Origin: an uncultured Clostridia bacterium
GTDB lineage: Bacteria; Bacillota; Clostridia; TANB77; CAG-508
DNA: 64,000 nucleotides
Direction: 5' to 3'
NCBI GenBank assembly: GCA_948739805.1
Contig: CAPYID010000007.1
Location: 6,253 to 70,252 of the forward strand
Positions 28,868 through 39,026 of the stretch are shown piece by piece (the first letter of the stretch is position 1; the number at the start of each line of letters is the position of its first letter). A program made the position numbers and the translations under genes. Under the pieces are notes generated by a model. It was not told where the DNA came from. It saw nothing but the letters and a program-made list of their open reading frames with translations, and searched no databases.

Positions 28868-29326
28868 TTATTTCTCCTTTACATCAATAAATTTTAAACA
28901 TTCTAAAGAATTTTCTGTACAAAATGCAATTTGATGTGTTGGATGCCTAAATTTTGCTAATTCCCAAAATGCTTCTCTTGTAATTTGTCCTGATATTAAA
29001 TCTGTTACATAATTATATACTTGGTCATCTGCCATTGCACCTATTACAATATCGTAATTATGCTTTTTCCCACTTCTGCATTCTATTATAAAATCTAGCC
29101 ATTCCTCTGTCATCAATGTAAAATTCTTTATTTTCAACTTTGGAATTTCGTTATATTCATATATGTTAATCTTTGGTGTCTCATATTTCTTTGCCCATTT
29201 TTCTGCTTGCTCCTCTAATATTGTACAATAAAATCCAATCCCAAAATCTTTTGTAAATTTACCTTTTATTATTTCTGGATTTTCTACTTTGCAGTAACTA
29301 CCATGATATACTATTTGTTTTGACAT
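28868..29326 (-). CDS. DUF3990 domain protein
   Basis: N-terminus VYHGS....DFGIGFYCT...QAEKWA. Confidence 0.65.
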   Translation of the reverse strand: MSKQIVYHGSYCKVENPEIIKGKFTKDFGIGFYCTILEEQAEKWAKKYETPKINIYEYNEIPKLKIKNFTLMTEEWLDFIIECRSGKKHNYDIVIGAMADDQVYNYVTDLISGQITREAFWELAKFRHPTHQIAFCTENSLECLKFIDVKEK

Positions 29327-29338
29327 ATAATATCCTCC

Positions 29339-29647
29339 TTATATAATTATCATATAAATTAAAAATGCTATTTCTGCAATTAATATTAAAGGCATGCCTA
29401 TTGTAAATTTCTTTTTCTGTGTTTTATGTCTAAATGCGTACATTCCAGCTATTGTGCCTATTCCTCCACCTAACCATGTAAATACAAATAATGTATTTTC
29501 TGAAATTCTCCATCTACCTTTTTCTGCTTTTTTCTTATCTATCAACATTATTAAAAATCCTAATAAGTTTATTATTATTAAATATATTAATATATTCTTA
29601 AATGTTATTATTGGTAAAGTTAATAGCCATTCTTTAAAACCTTTCAT
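29339..29647 (-). CDS. DUF1294 membrane protein
   Basis: IDKKKAEKGRWRISENTLF...GGGIGTIAGMYAFRHKTQKKKF. Confidence 0.7.
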   Translation of the reverse strand: MKGFKEWLLTLPIITFKNILIYLIIINLLGFLIMLIDKKKAEKGRWRISENTLFVFTWLGGGIGTIAGMYAFRHKTQKKKFTIGMPLILIAEIAFLIYMIII

Positions 29648-29770
29648 TGTTTATTTCTCTCCCTTATTTTTTTATTTTCCTTTAATTATTTTATTATAAT
29701 ATGACAAAAATATCAAGTTTTTTGTTTACTATTTGCGGTTTTTATGATAATATTTAATAATGGAATAAAA

Positions 29771-29822
29771 GGGCACAGTGGTGTCATGTCTAATAAGTAT
29801 TCCCTCAAACGGTTCTCCTACA
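29771..29822 (-). repeat. 52-nt conserved intergenic element, copy 1 (ends in the CCTACA tail)
   Basis: GGGCACAGTGGTGTCATGTCTAATAAGTATTCCCTCAAACGGTTCTCCTACA. My hand alignment gives 41 of 52 identities with 55323..55374. Confidence 0.7.
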
Positions 29823-29882
29823 ATTTACATTAAATTATTAATCTAATATTTTTACGTTTTATGAAAGGATGATATAAATATT

Positions 29883-30842
29883 ATGGAAGATAATAAAAAA
29901 TTAGTTACAATATTAATTCCAACTTATAATGAAGAAGAAGCATTGCCTATACTTTATGAAAGACTTGTTAAATTAATGGATAGCCTTCCTCAATATAATT
30001 TTGAGCTTCTATTTGTAAATGATGGTAGTCGTGATAAAACTTTAGACATATTAAAAGAAATGAGAAAATCTGACTCTAGAGTTTGTTATGTTAATTTATC
30101 TAGAAACTATGGTAAAGAAGTTGCAATGATTGCTGGCTTTGATTATATTAATGGGGATTGTATGATTAATATTGATGCAGACTTACAAGACCCACCAGAA
30201 CTTATTCCTGAGATGTTAAAATATTGGGAAGAAGGATATGATGATGTTTATGCAAAACGTAAATCTAGAAAAGGAGAATCTATTTTTAAAAAATTAACTT
30301 CTTGGGGATATTATAGAGTTTTACAGAGTATGACTAATATTCAGATTCAAACTGATACTGGAGATTTTAGATTATTAGATAGACGTTGTGTTGAAGCCAT
30401 ACGCCAAATGAGAGAATCTCAAAGATATACTAAGGGGCTATATAGTTGGATTGGTTATAAGAAAAAAGAAATATTATATGATAGAGATGTAAGAGTTGCT
30501 GGTAAAACCAAATGGAATTATAGACAATTAGCTAATTTATCTATTGATGGAATAACCTCTTTTACTACCTCTCCTCTTCGTTGGGCTACTATAATTGGTA
30601 TGTTGGTTTCATTATGTGGTTTTATTTATATGATGATTATAATTGCAAAAACATTAATATCTGGTATTGATGTTCCTGGTTATGCTTCTATGATGGTTGT
30701 AATATTATTTTTAGGTGGATTACAACTTATATTCTTAGGTATTATTGGTGAATATCTTGGACGAGCGTTTTACGAATCTAAAGGAAGACCTTTATACTTT
30801 ATAGATTGCTATAATGAAAATAGGGAAACTAATATAAAATAA
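29883..30842 (+). CDS. family 2 glycosyltransferase (polyprenyl-phosphate glycosyltransferase, GtrB/ArnC-like)
   Basis: ILIPTYNEE, DGSRD and DADLQDP motifs, plus two C-terminal TM segments. Confidence 0.85.
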   Translation: MEDNKKLVTILIPTYNEEEALPILYERLVKLMDSLPQYNFELLFVNDGSRDKTLDILKEMRKSDSRVCYVNLSRNYGKEVAMIAGFDYINGDCMINIDADLQDPPELIPEMLKYWEEGYDDVYAKRKSRKGESIFKKLTSWGYYRVLQSMTNIQIQTDTGDFRLLDRRCVEAIRQMRESQRYTKGLYSWIGYKKKEILYDRDVRVAGKTKWNYRQLANLSIDGITSFTTSPLRWATIIGMLVSLCGFIYMMIIIAKTLISGIDVPGYASMMVVILFLGGLQLIFLGIIGEYLGRAFYESKGRPLYFIDCYNENRETNIK

Positions 30843-30848
30843 TTCTGT

Positions 30849-30872
30849 GGACGAGCAATGCTCGCCCCTATA
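30849..30872 (-). repeat. REP-like palindromic unit
   Basis: On the + strand: GGACGAGCA-A-TGCTCGCCC-CTATA. Near-identical to 55260..55283. Confidence 0.7.
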
Positions 30873-30958
30873 TTTTGAATTGATTTTTCCTATACAACCC
30901 AAAAGTGATGGATACAAAATCCTCCTACAACATAATCTTTATAATAAAGGAGATTTAT

Positions 30959-31708
30959 ATGAGTGCTTATGTTTTAAAATTAATTGCAATAATAACTATG
31001 GTGTTTGACCATAGTGGATATTTAATATATGGACATCTTTCCTGGATGAATTTTGTTGGTAGAATTGCCTTCCCTATTTTTGCATTTCAGATAAGTGAAG
31101 GATATATCCATACTCATAATTTAAAGAAATATATTGTAAGGTTAATAATATTTGCTATAATTTCCCAAGTTCCATACGCTTGGTTTGGCTATTGCTTCTT
31201 CTCTAAAATGTCTTTAAATATAATTTTTACTTTGATATTGGGGCTATTGTCTATATCTATTTATGAATTTATTTTATCAAAGGGCAAATTGCAATGTGTA
31301 CCTACATCTAATTATGATTCTTCTACAATAGAACAAAATAATAATATATTTCAATATAAAATGTTAGGTATTATAATTGTTTTAATTATTGCAGTTTTTG
31401 CTGATATTTTTGACTTTGATTATGGATTTTATGGTGTATTTATTATCTTCCTTTTCTATTTATACAGAAATAAAAAGTTGTCTATAAATATTGTTATTAC
31501 TATTTTAACTTTTATATATTATACTCCGTATTTTATGGCTAGTAATTTTAATATTACTTATTTGGGATTATTTATTTGCAGTCTTCTACCTCTTATATTC
31601 ATTAATTTATATAATGGTCAAAAAGGAAAAGACCACAAAATGTTATTTTATATTTTCTACCCAGTGCATTTATTAGTTTTATGTTTGATTTATACATTGT
31701 TACATTAA
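30959..31708 (+). CDS. TraX family membrane protein
   Basis: MSAYVLKLIAIITMVFDHSGY..., multi-TM. Start at ATG 30959 after AAAGGAG. Confidence 0.75.
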   Translation: MSAYVLKLIAIITMVFDHSGYLIYGHLSWMNFVGRIAFPIFAFQISEGYIHTHNLKKYIVRLIIFAIISQVPYAWFGYCFFSKMSLNIIFTLILGLLSISIYEFILSKGKLQCVPTSNYDSSTIEQNNNIFQYKMLGIIIVLIIAVFADIFDFDYGFYGVFIIFLFYLYRNKKLSINIVITILTFIYYTPYFMASNFNITYLGLFICSLLPLIFINLYNGQKGKDHKMLFYIFYPVHLLVLCLIYTLLH

Positions 31709-31782
31709 TTTATTTATAATTATATTATATATTAAATTAATAAATTCTCAAAATTATACAACTCAATTTTATAGAAAATTTA

Positions 31783-31840
31783 AGGAATTAATTTACAGCG
31801 CCCTCTCGATATACTCGAGATTCCCTATAAATTAATTCCT
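31783..31840. terminator. nested hairpin between convergent traX-like and polC genes (likely bidirectional terminator)
   Basis: Outer 13-bp perfect stem AGGAATTAATTTA/TAAATTAATTCCT enclosing an inner stem TCTCGA-TATAC-TCGAGA. Flanks are T-rich on both strands. Confidence 0.5.
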
Positions 31841-31909
31841 AACATTTTCTTATTTCAATTTCGTTTAAATAATTTTTCGAATTGATTAATTAATATATAA
31901 TACATTTGT

Positions 31910-34900
31910 TTATAATGCATCAAATAAACTTAATTGGTTGCTTGTGCTCATTCCATCTAAGCACCCAAATTTATCTAATAAATCTATTATAGATTTTCCT
32001 GCTTTTGACCTTTTCATTAAATCTTCTTTTGATATAAATTCTCCATCTTTTCTTGCTTCTACTATACTTTCAGCAGCTACCTGTCCAAGACCTGCTATAC
32101 TACATAATGAAGGTCTAATTCCTTCAGGCTCCATTTTAAATTTAGTAGCATCTGATTTATATATATCTATTGGTAAGAATGTTATCCCTCTTTTATACAT
32201 TTCTAGTACATATTCTAAAACGTTATACATTCCCTTATCTTTTTGTGTTGCAGCGTTTCCAAGTTTATCTATTTCCTCCATTTTGTCTTTTACCTTTTTT
32301 TCTCCGAAAATCATAAATTCACTATCAAATTCATCTGCCCTTATTGAGTACATTGTTGCATAATAAGCCTTTGGAATATGAACTTTAAACCATGCAATTC
32401 TAAAAGCATTAATAACATATGCTGCTGCATGTGCTTTTGGGAACATATATTTAATTTTTTTGCAAGATTCTATATACCATTCTGGAACATTATTATCCCT
32501 CATGAGAATTTCTTGGTCTTCTGTTAATCCTTTTCCTTTACGAACTGATTCCATTATTTTAAATGAATTTTGCGCAGGTAACCCCATACTCATTAAATAA
32601 ATCATAATGTCATCCCTTGTACATATAGCTTCTGATAGAGTTATTGTTCCATTATTAATTAATTCTTGTGCATTGTTTAACCATACATCTGTACCATGAG
32701 ATAAACCTGATATTCTTAATAATTCCTCAAATGTACTTGGTTTTGTGTCTACTAACATTCCTCTTACAAATTTTGTTCCAAACTCTGGTACTCCAAATGT
32801 AGCAACTTCTGAATTTATATCCTCTTTTCTCACCCCTATCGCTTCTGTTGATGAAAATATAGACATTGTAGTCTTATCATCTAATGGAACTTTAGTTGGA
32901 TCTATCCCTGTCAAATCATATAGCATTCTTATAACTGTTGGATCATCATGACCTAACATATCAAATTTCAAAATATTTTTATCTATTGAGTGGTAATCGA
33001 AATGTGTTGTAACAATATCTGAATCTGGATCATCTGCTGGATGTTGTACTGGACAGAATTCATAAATTTCATGCCCTGTTGGTACAACTACAACTCCTCC
33101 TGGATGCTGACCTGTTGTCCTCTTTATTCCTGTACACCCCTTAGATAATCTATTTATTTCTGCTGAACTAATAACTTGATTTCTTTCTTCAAAATATTTT
33201 TTTACATATCCATAAGCTGTTTTTTCTGCTATTGTTCCAATTGTACCTGCTTTAAATGTAGTTCCTTTTCCTAAAATAACCTCTGCATATTTATGTGCTT
33301 TTGTTTGATATTCTCCTGAGAAATTTAAATCTATATCTGGTTCTTTATCTCCATTAAATCCTAGGAATGTTTCAAATGGTATATCTATTCCATCTTTTAC
33401 AAGTTTTTTTCCGCATTTTGGACACCATGCATCTGGAAGGTCAATTCCATTCTTAAATCCATGATCAGAAAAATCTGAATATTTACATTTAGGACACCTG
33501 TAATGTGCTTTTAATCCATTAACCTCTGTTATACCTGTCATATACGCTACCAGTGATGAACCAACAGAACCTCTTGAACCAACTATGTATCCATCTTCAT
33601 TTGATTTCCAAACTAATTTCTGTGCAATAATATACATAACAGAAAATCCATTCTTTATGATAGAGTCTAATTCTTTCCTAAGTCTTGTTTCTACAATTTC
33701 TGGTAATGGATCCCCATATAATTCATGTGCTTTATTCATAGCAATATCTTCTATTGTTTTTTCACATCCTTCAATATATGGAGTACATTTATCTGGAGAT
33801 ATTGGACTTATTGGTTCACACATATCTGCTACTTTATTTGTATTTGTTACAACTACCTCATATGCCTTTTCCTTTCCTAAATATGCAAATTCGTTTAGCA
33901 TCTCTTCTGTTGTTCTTAAATATAATGGTGCTTGATGGTCTGCATCATCAAAGCCTTGTCCAGCCTGCAAAATCCTTCTATATATTTCATCTTCTGGATC
34001 CATGAAATGTACATCACAAGTAGCACAAACTAATTTATCTAATTTTTCTCCTAATTCAACTATCTTTCTATTTATAGCAATTAAATCATCTTGACTTTTT
34101 AAAATACCTTCTCTTATTAGATATTCATCATTTCCTAATGGTTGTATCTCTAAATAATCATAAAACCTTGCAATTTCTTCTATTTTATCTTCTGAATATC
34201 CATTTAGAATAGATTGATATAATTCTCCTTGGTCACATGCACTACCTATTATTAATCCTTCACTATATTTTTTATATATACTTTTGGGTATTCTTGGTCT
34301 TTTATAAAAATAATCCAAGTGTGAAAATGATATTAATTTATATAGATTTTTAAGTCCAATAGGATTTGTTGCTATAATTATTGCGTGATATGTTGGTAGC
34401 TTCTTTATGTTCATATTTTTAGAAGATATTGCATCAATATCATTTAATTTTGTAACTCCTTGTTCTTTTAATTTTTCTAACATTACCTCAAATACTTTTA
34501 CAAGTGTTTTAACATCATCTAAAGCACGATGTGCTACATCTACTTTTATTCTTAGGTTTGCTGCAATCATACCCAGTTTATATTTTGTATATTCTGGAAA
34601 CAAATCTTTTGCTAAGCTTAAAGTATCAATATATGTATTATTAAATTTTAATCCCAATTTATTTGCTTGATATCTTAAAAATCCTATATCAAAATTGGCA
34701 TTATGTGCAACTAATACATCGTCTCCACAGAATTTTATAAATTCTGGAAGAACATCTTTTATAGTTTTTGCGTTTTTAACCATATCATCTGTAATATGTG
34801 TAACTTGAACTACCTCATAAGGTATTGGTTTTTCTGGGTTTACAAAGCATTCAAATTCATCTACAATTTCTCCATTTTTAATCTTTATAGCACCTAATTC

Positions 34901-35893
34901 AGTTATCATTTCACTTCTATATGGTATACCTGTTGTCTCAATATCTAGAACACAATATTCCGTATCAATATCTATATTTCCCTCTCCATACACACTTGTT
35001 TGACCATCTGGACATAAATATGCTTCAACTCCATATAAAACTTTTATATCATTATTTCCTTTTTTTACAGTATCATTTGCATGTGGAAATGATTGTGCTA
35101 CACCATGATCTGTAATAGCAATAGATTTCATTCCCCATTTTCTTGCTCTATTTATCAAGTCTTCTACTGGGGTTATTCCATCCATTTGGCTCATTTGTGT
35201 ATGCATATGTAGTTCTACTCTTTTTATTTCTGCATTATCCATTCTTGTTAAAATTTCTTTTTTAGGTAGACTTATTACTACATTTGCAATAATTGTTATT
35301 TCTCTTGCATAAGGGTCAAATTGTGCATTTCCTTCTAATTCCACGTAACTATTTTCTTGTAATCGTGCTCTAACATCTTCTAATTTATCAGGTTCAACAA
35401 ATGATTTACATGTAATAGTACTGCTTCCATCATATATATCAAAACAATACAATGTTTTTCCATTTCTTAGTTCCCTTTCTTCAACTCTTGTAACTCTACC
35501 TGAAATTGCAACTTTTCCACTTTCAGCTGTAACCTCTTTTACTTTTATCATTTTTTCATTTATTTTAGCTCTTTTTGTTCCTATAATTATTGGACTTAGT
35601 TCTTGAATTGGTGCTTCTTTTTCGATATTTTTTTCTTCCTTATCTTCTTTTTTATTAGAATTTACATTTATGTATTCTATATTTATTGTAGCTTTTGCTA
35701 CATTAAATCTATTTTTTAAATATATTTCAAATGATAGAATTTCACCTGTTTGTATCTTAATATCTGTTTGAAGAAATATACTTAATTCTCTAGTCTTTTT
35801 TGACATTGTTATATTTGAAATTTTTGCTTTCATTATGTTATTTTTTTCTTCAAAATCATTAAATATTTCTGAAACTTTTTTCATTTCTGCCAT
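31910..35893 (-). CDS. polC: PolC-type DNA polymerase III alpha subunit
   Basis: PHP domain, inserted DEDD exonuclease (DIETTG...HNANFDIGFL...HRALDD) and polymerase core. Start at MAEMKK (ATG 35893). Confidence 0.96.
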   Translation of the reverse strand: MAEMKKVSEIFNDFEEKNNIMKAKISNITMSKKTRELSIFLQTDIKIQTGEILSFEIYLKNRFNVAKATINIEYINVNSNKKEDKEEKNIEKEAPIQELSPIIIGTKRAKINEKMIKVKEVTAESGKVAISGRVTRVEERELRNGKTLYCFDIYDGSSTITCKSFVEPDKLEDVRARLQENSYVELEGNAQFDPYAREITIIANVVISLPKKEILTRMDNAEIKRVELHMHTQMSQMDGITPVEDLINRARKWGMKSIAITDHGVAQSFPHANDTVKKGNNDIKVLYGVEAYLCPDGQTSVYGEGNIDIDTEYCVLDIETTGIPYRSEMITELGAIKIKNGEIVDEFECFVNPEKPIPYEVVQVTHITDDMVKNAKTIKDVLPEFIKFCGDDVLVAHNANFDIGFLRYQANKLGLKFNNTYIDTLSLAKDLFPEYTKYKLGMIAANLRIKVDVAHRALDDVKTLVKVFEVMLEKLKEQGVTKLNDIDAISSKNMNIKKLPTYHAIIIATNPIGLKNLYKLISFSHLDYFYKRPRIPKSIYKKYSEGLIIGSACDQGELYQSILNGYSEDKIEEIARFYDYLEIQPLGNDEYLIREGILKSQDDLIAINRKIVELGEKLDKLVCATCDVHFMDPEDEIYRRILQAGQGFDDADHQAPLYLRTTEEMLNEFAYLGKEKAYEVVVTNTNKVADMCEPISPISPDKCTPYIEGCEKTIEDIAMNKAHELYGDPLPEIVETRLRKELDSIIKNGFSVMYIIAQKLVWKSNEDGYIVGSRGSVGSSLVAYMTGITEVNGLKAHYRCPKCKYSDFSDHGFKNGIDLPDAWCPKCGKKLVKDGIDIPFETFLGFNGDKEPDIDLNFSGEYQTKAHKYAEVILGKGTTFKAGTIGTIAEKTAYGYVKKYFEERNQVISSAEINRLSKGCTGIKRTTGQHPGGVVVVPTGHEIYEFCPVQHPADDPDSDIVTTHFDYHSIDKNILKFDMLGHDDPTVIRMLYDLTGIDPTKVPLDDKTTMSIFSSTEAIGVRKEDINSEVATFGVPEFGTKFVRGMLVDTKPSTFEELLRISGLSHGTDVWLNNAQELINNGTITLSEAICTRDDIMIYLMSMGLPAQNSFKIMESVRKGKGLTEDQEILMRDNNVPEWYIESCKKIKYMFPKAHAAAYVINAFRIAWFKVHIPKAYYATMYSIRADEFDSEFMIFGEKKVKDKMEEIDKLGNAATQKDKGMYNVLEYVLEMYKRGITFLPIDIYKSDATKFKMEPEGIRPSLCSIAGLGQVAAESIVEARKDGEFISKEDLMKRSKAGKSIIDLLDKFGCLDGMSTSNQLSLFDAL

Positions 35894-35999
35894 TTTATTA
35901 GTCATTCCTTTTTATTATATTTTCTAGATTATTTTATCAAATTTAATGATTTTTTACAATTGTTTTTATAATTTTTAAAAAATAAGCTATGGAAAAATA

Positions 36000-37250
36000 T
36001 CAATTATCTCTATCTATTTTTTCTTCCATTTCTTTATTATAGTATTTATTCCTACAGTATTTTTTAGCAAGTCCTCCCTCACTTGTTTCTCTATAATGTT
36101 TACTTAAGTCTTTCCCTGTCTCATACATTGTGTCTACAACTAAATCAAATGAAATCTTTTTATTTTTTTCTAAAATTAAAGATAATGTACTAGAATCAAA
36201 TGCACGCATTGCAGCAACAGCATTTCGCTCTATACATGGAATTTGAACATATCCATAAATAGGATCACACGTTAATCCTAAATGATGTTCCATTGCTACT
36301 TCTGCTGAATTTTCAATTTTATCAATATCTTGTTTAAATAGATATGCACATGCACTTGCAGCCATAGAGCAAGCTGTTCCAATTTCAGCTTGGCATCCAC
36401 ATTCAGCTCCGCTTATAGATGCATTTGTTTTTACAACATTTCCTATTATACCTGCAATTGCTAATGCTTTTACTATTTCTTCTTCTTTTATTTTATATTC
36501 TTCTTTCATATAATATAATACTGCTGGTAAAACACCACATGCTCCACATGTTGGAGCTGTTACTATTACTCCTCCACTTGCATTTTCTTCACTTGTTGCA
36601 TAAGCATAACTACTAAGTAATCTTGTTTTCTTTATATCTTCTGTTTCGAAATCTAATTTATTTTCATATATGTTTTTGGCTCTTCTTTGTAATTTTAATC
36701 TTCCAGGTATTATTCCTGTTGTTGTTAATCCGTTTTTTATTGCTGATTTCATAGTATCCCAAACTTGTTTTAAAAATTCTGTTATTTCTTCTTTACCTTC
36801 CATTAAACATACATAATCATATAAATCTAGATTATTTTCTTTTATATATTCTTTTATTTCATTAAAGTTTTTTTGAGGATAGATATTTTTAATAATAGTT
36901 TCTTTTTCTTCTGCAATTTTAAATGATCCCCCACCTATTGAATAAATTCTCCAAGTACCTAATAATTTTCCTTCTTTATAGGCAAAAATATCAAAAGTAT
37001 TAGGATGAACTTTACATTCTGTTTTTGTATCAAATTCTATTTCCACTTCATATCCATCTAGTGTTTTTTTTATAATGTAGTCTGTTAAATGTCCTTTACC
37101 TGTCATAGCAAGCGACCCATATAAGATAATTTTAAATTTATCAGCATTTTTATATTTATTTCTAAATAACTCTGTTGCTCTTTTTGGTCCCATTGTATGT
37201 GAACTAGATGGACCATTTCCTATTTTATATAACTCTTTTAAAGATTGCAT
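36000..37250 (-). CDS. sdaA: L-serine ammonia-lyase, iron-sulfur dependent, single-chain form
   Basis: N-terminal IGNGPSSSHTMGP, then an alpha-domain with Cys ligands (PTCGACG..., ECGCQAEIG). Confidence 0.88.
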   Translation of the reverse strand: MQSLKELYKIGNGPSSSHTMGPKRATELFRNKYKNADKFKIILYGSLAMTGKGHLTDYIIKKTLDGYEVEIEFDTKTECKVHPNTFDIFAYKEGKLLGTWRIYSIGGGSFKIAEEKETIIKNIYPQKNFNEIKEYIKENNLDLYDYVCLMEGKEEITEFLKQVWDTMKSAIKNGLTTTGIIPGRLKLQRRAKNIYENKLDFETEDIKKTRLLSSYAYATSEENASGGVIVTAPTCGACGVLPAVLYYMKEEYKIKEEEIVKALAIAGIIGNVVKTNASISGAECGCQAEIGTACSMAASACAYLFKQDIDKIENSAEVAMEHHLGLTCDPIYGYVQIPCIERNAVAAMRAFDSSTLSLILEKNKKISFDLVVDTMYETGKDLSKHYRETSEGGLAKKYCRNKYYNKEMEEKIDRDN

Positions 37251-37494
37251 AATATATTCTCCTATTAATTAATAAAATTTTTAATTTTACAATATAGCTC
37301 ATTATTGTACATTATACAATAATTTTAAAAGTTTTTCTAGTATTTAAAGTATTTATTATTTATATAATTTAAGTTTAAAAGTAGAATTGCCTTTAAATTC
37401 TTATGAAGGCGGTAGCGAAATGTTGGTGGAGGGTTATTGTAATAAAAATATAAAACACATTTCTGTGCCCTAAAACATATAGTTATGATTTTAA

Positions 37495-38187
37495 TTAAAT
37501 ATATATCTGTAATAATCCCACTACTATATATGCTATATAATATATTGCTTCTATTATTGCAAATTTTTTTATATATGTTTTATCGTCTTTTTCTCCTAAT
37601 AGGTATTTTGCTCCAAAGTATATAAGTACTGTACTTATTGCACCACATAGTAGTCCAAATGGATTTGTTACAATTTGAACATCTTTACTAATTAATTTTA
37701 GCAAACTAACTACTGTTGCTGTAACTACTGGTAATTTTGCAGCTGTAACTACTGACATTATTGTTACTAAACTTTTATCCTTGTTTTTATTTAAAATAAA
37801 TATTGTTAATGATAATACTAAAATTGATAATATTGGTGCTACTGCTACCTTTAATAGTATTAATAAATATTTAAATACATTCCATGTTATTGAATAATTA
37901 TATAATCCTAATATTATTGATGCTAAAATCCAAACGATTGCTAAAATTACTGCATATTTAAAATTTTTGTTTGTTTTATCTTCTGAAATATTTTTTAATT
38001 CACCTATAGGATTTTTAAACATTCCTACTATAAAATTTGTAGTTTCTTTTGCACTATTTTTTAATTCATCTTTTTTAAATGAATCTTTTACTTGATCTTT
38101 TACTTCATTTATTGTTTCAGTTGTCTCTTTTATTATTTCATCAGTATCAACTGTTTTTTCTTTATTCTCTTTATTTTCTTCCTCCAT
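37495..38187 (-). CDS. hypothetical membrane protein (acidic N-terminus, ~5 TM; Yip1-like topology)
   Basis: The call rests on ORF length, hydrophobic periodicity and purine-rich coding-strand bias. No family recognised with confidence. Confidence 0.5.
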   Translation of the reverse strand: MEEENKENKEKTVDTDEIIKETTETINEVKDQVKDSFKKDELKNSAKETTNFIVGMFKNPIGELKNISEDKTNKNFKYAVILAIVWILASIILGLYNYSITWNVFKYLLILLKVAVAPILSILVLSLTIFILNKNKDKSLVTIMSVVTAAKLPVVTATVVSLLKLISKDVQIVTNPFGLLCGAISTVLIYFGAKYLLGEKDDKTYIKKFAIIEAIYYIAYIVVGLLQIYI

Positions 38188-38403
38188 TTTATTTTTTCCT
38201 CCTTAAACAATTATATACTTATTATATACTTATATTTTGTTTTTGTCAGTATATTTTTGTAATTTTTTTCATTTTGTACAATTTATTGTTTGTATATTAA
38301 TTTTATTTTTTCTAACAATATTAATAAGTTTTTTTATATTGTTCATTTTTTATTTTTTGAATTTTATAATTAAACTAAATCTTAAAATTGGAGGTATACA
38401 TCT

Positions 38404-38883
38404 ATGTTAAAAAGAATTTTAGCAATAGGTTTAATAGTTACAGTTTCATTATTTATTACTTCTTCTGTTTTCGCTAATGAAACACATATGATGAATAATG
38501 CAAAAAATACAGTTAATGATGTTATGCATAATGCTGAAAATGTTGTAAAAGATGCAACTGATGGTATAAAGAATGTAACAGGAAATGCTGAAAATACAAT
38601 GAATAATGTAACTGATAATATAATGAATAATAACAATAATAATGATAGAACTGATAATAATAATGACGATGATATGATTGATAATGGTTCAATAATAGGT
38701 AATGGAAATTATGGAGATGGTGGTGCATATTCTGCTGTTAGAACAACTGCTACTGATACAACTAACACTTCATATTCTTATCTATGGATTATTTTAGCAA
38801 TCGCAGCAGTTATAGTTATTGGTGCAATATGGTATTATGCTACAAGAACTACAAATAATGATGATAATCATAATGATAGATAG
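38404..38883 (+). CDS. hypothetical Asn/Asp-rich secreted protein with a C-terminal membrane anchor
   Basis: GGAGG RBS, signal peptide ...SSVFA|NE, repeated NA(K/E)N.(V/M)N(D/N)V motifs, C-terminal TM segment, and a terminator follows. Confidence 0.6.
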   Translation: MLKRILAIGLIVTVSLFITSSVFANETHMMNNAKNTVNDVMHNAENVVKDATDGIKNVTGNAENTMNNVTDNIMNNNNNNDRTDNNNDDDMIDNGSIIGNGNYGDGGAYSAVRTTATDTTNTSYSYLWIILAIAAVIVIGAIWYYATRTTNNDDNHNDR

Positions 38884-38924
38884 TAATCTAGAGTAACATT
38901 TAATATTTACTCTTACTAATTTTT

Positions 38925-38948
38925 AGGACACATGTATGTGTCCTTTTT
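38925..38948 (+). terminator. rho-independent terminator
   Basis: AGGACACA-TGTA-TGTGTCCT followed by TTTTTC. Confidence 0.8.
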
Positions 38949-39026
38949 CATATTATATATATTAAGTTATTTTGGTTCTTTTTTTCATTAAATAAACTAT
39001 ACTTTATATTAGGAGGTGTATTAATA

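Noticed and set aside
37385-37440. GC-rich patch GAAGGCGGTAGCGAAATGTTGGTGGAGGGTTATTG upstream of sdaA, considered as a possible riboswitch (glycine or T-box); also the palindrome ATTATTGTA-CATTA-TACAATAAT at 37301-37323.
   Set aside because: I could not match either to any riboswitch consensus I know. The palindrome overlaps a -10-like TATAAT and may be an operator, but there is no supporting evidence.
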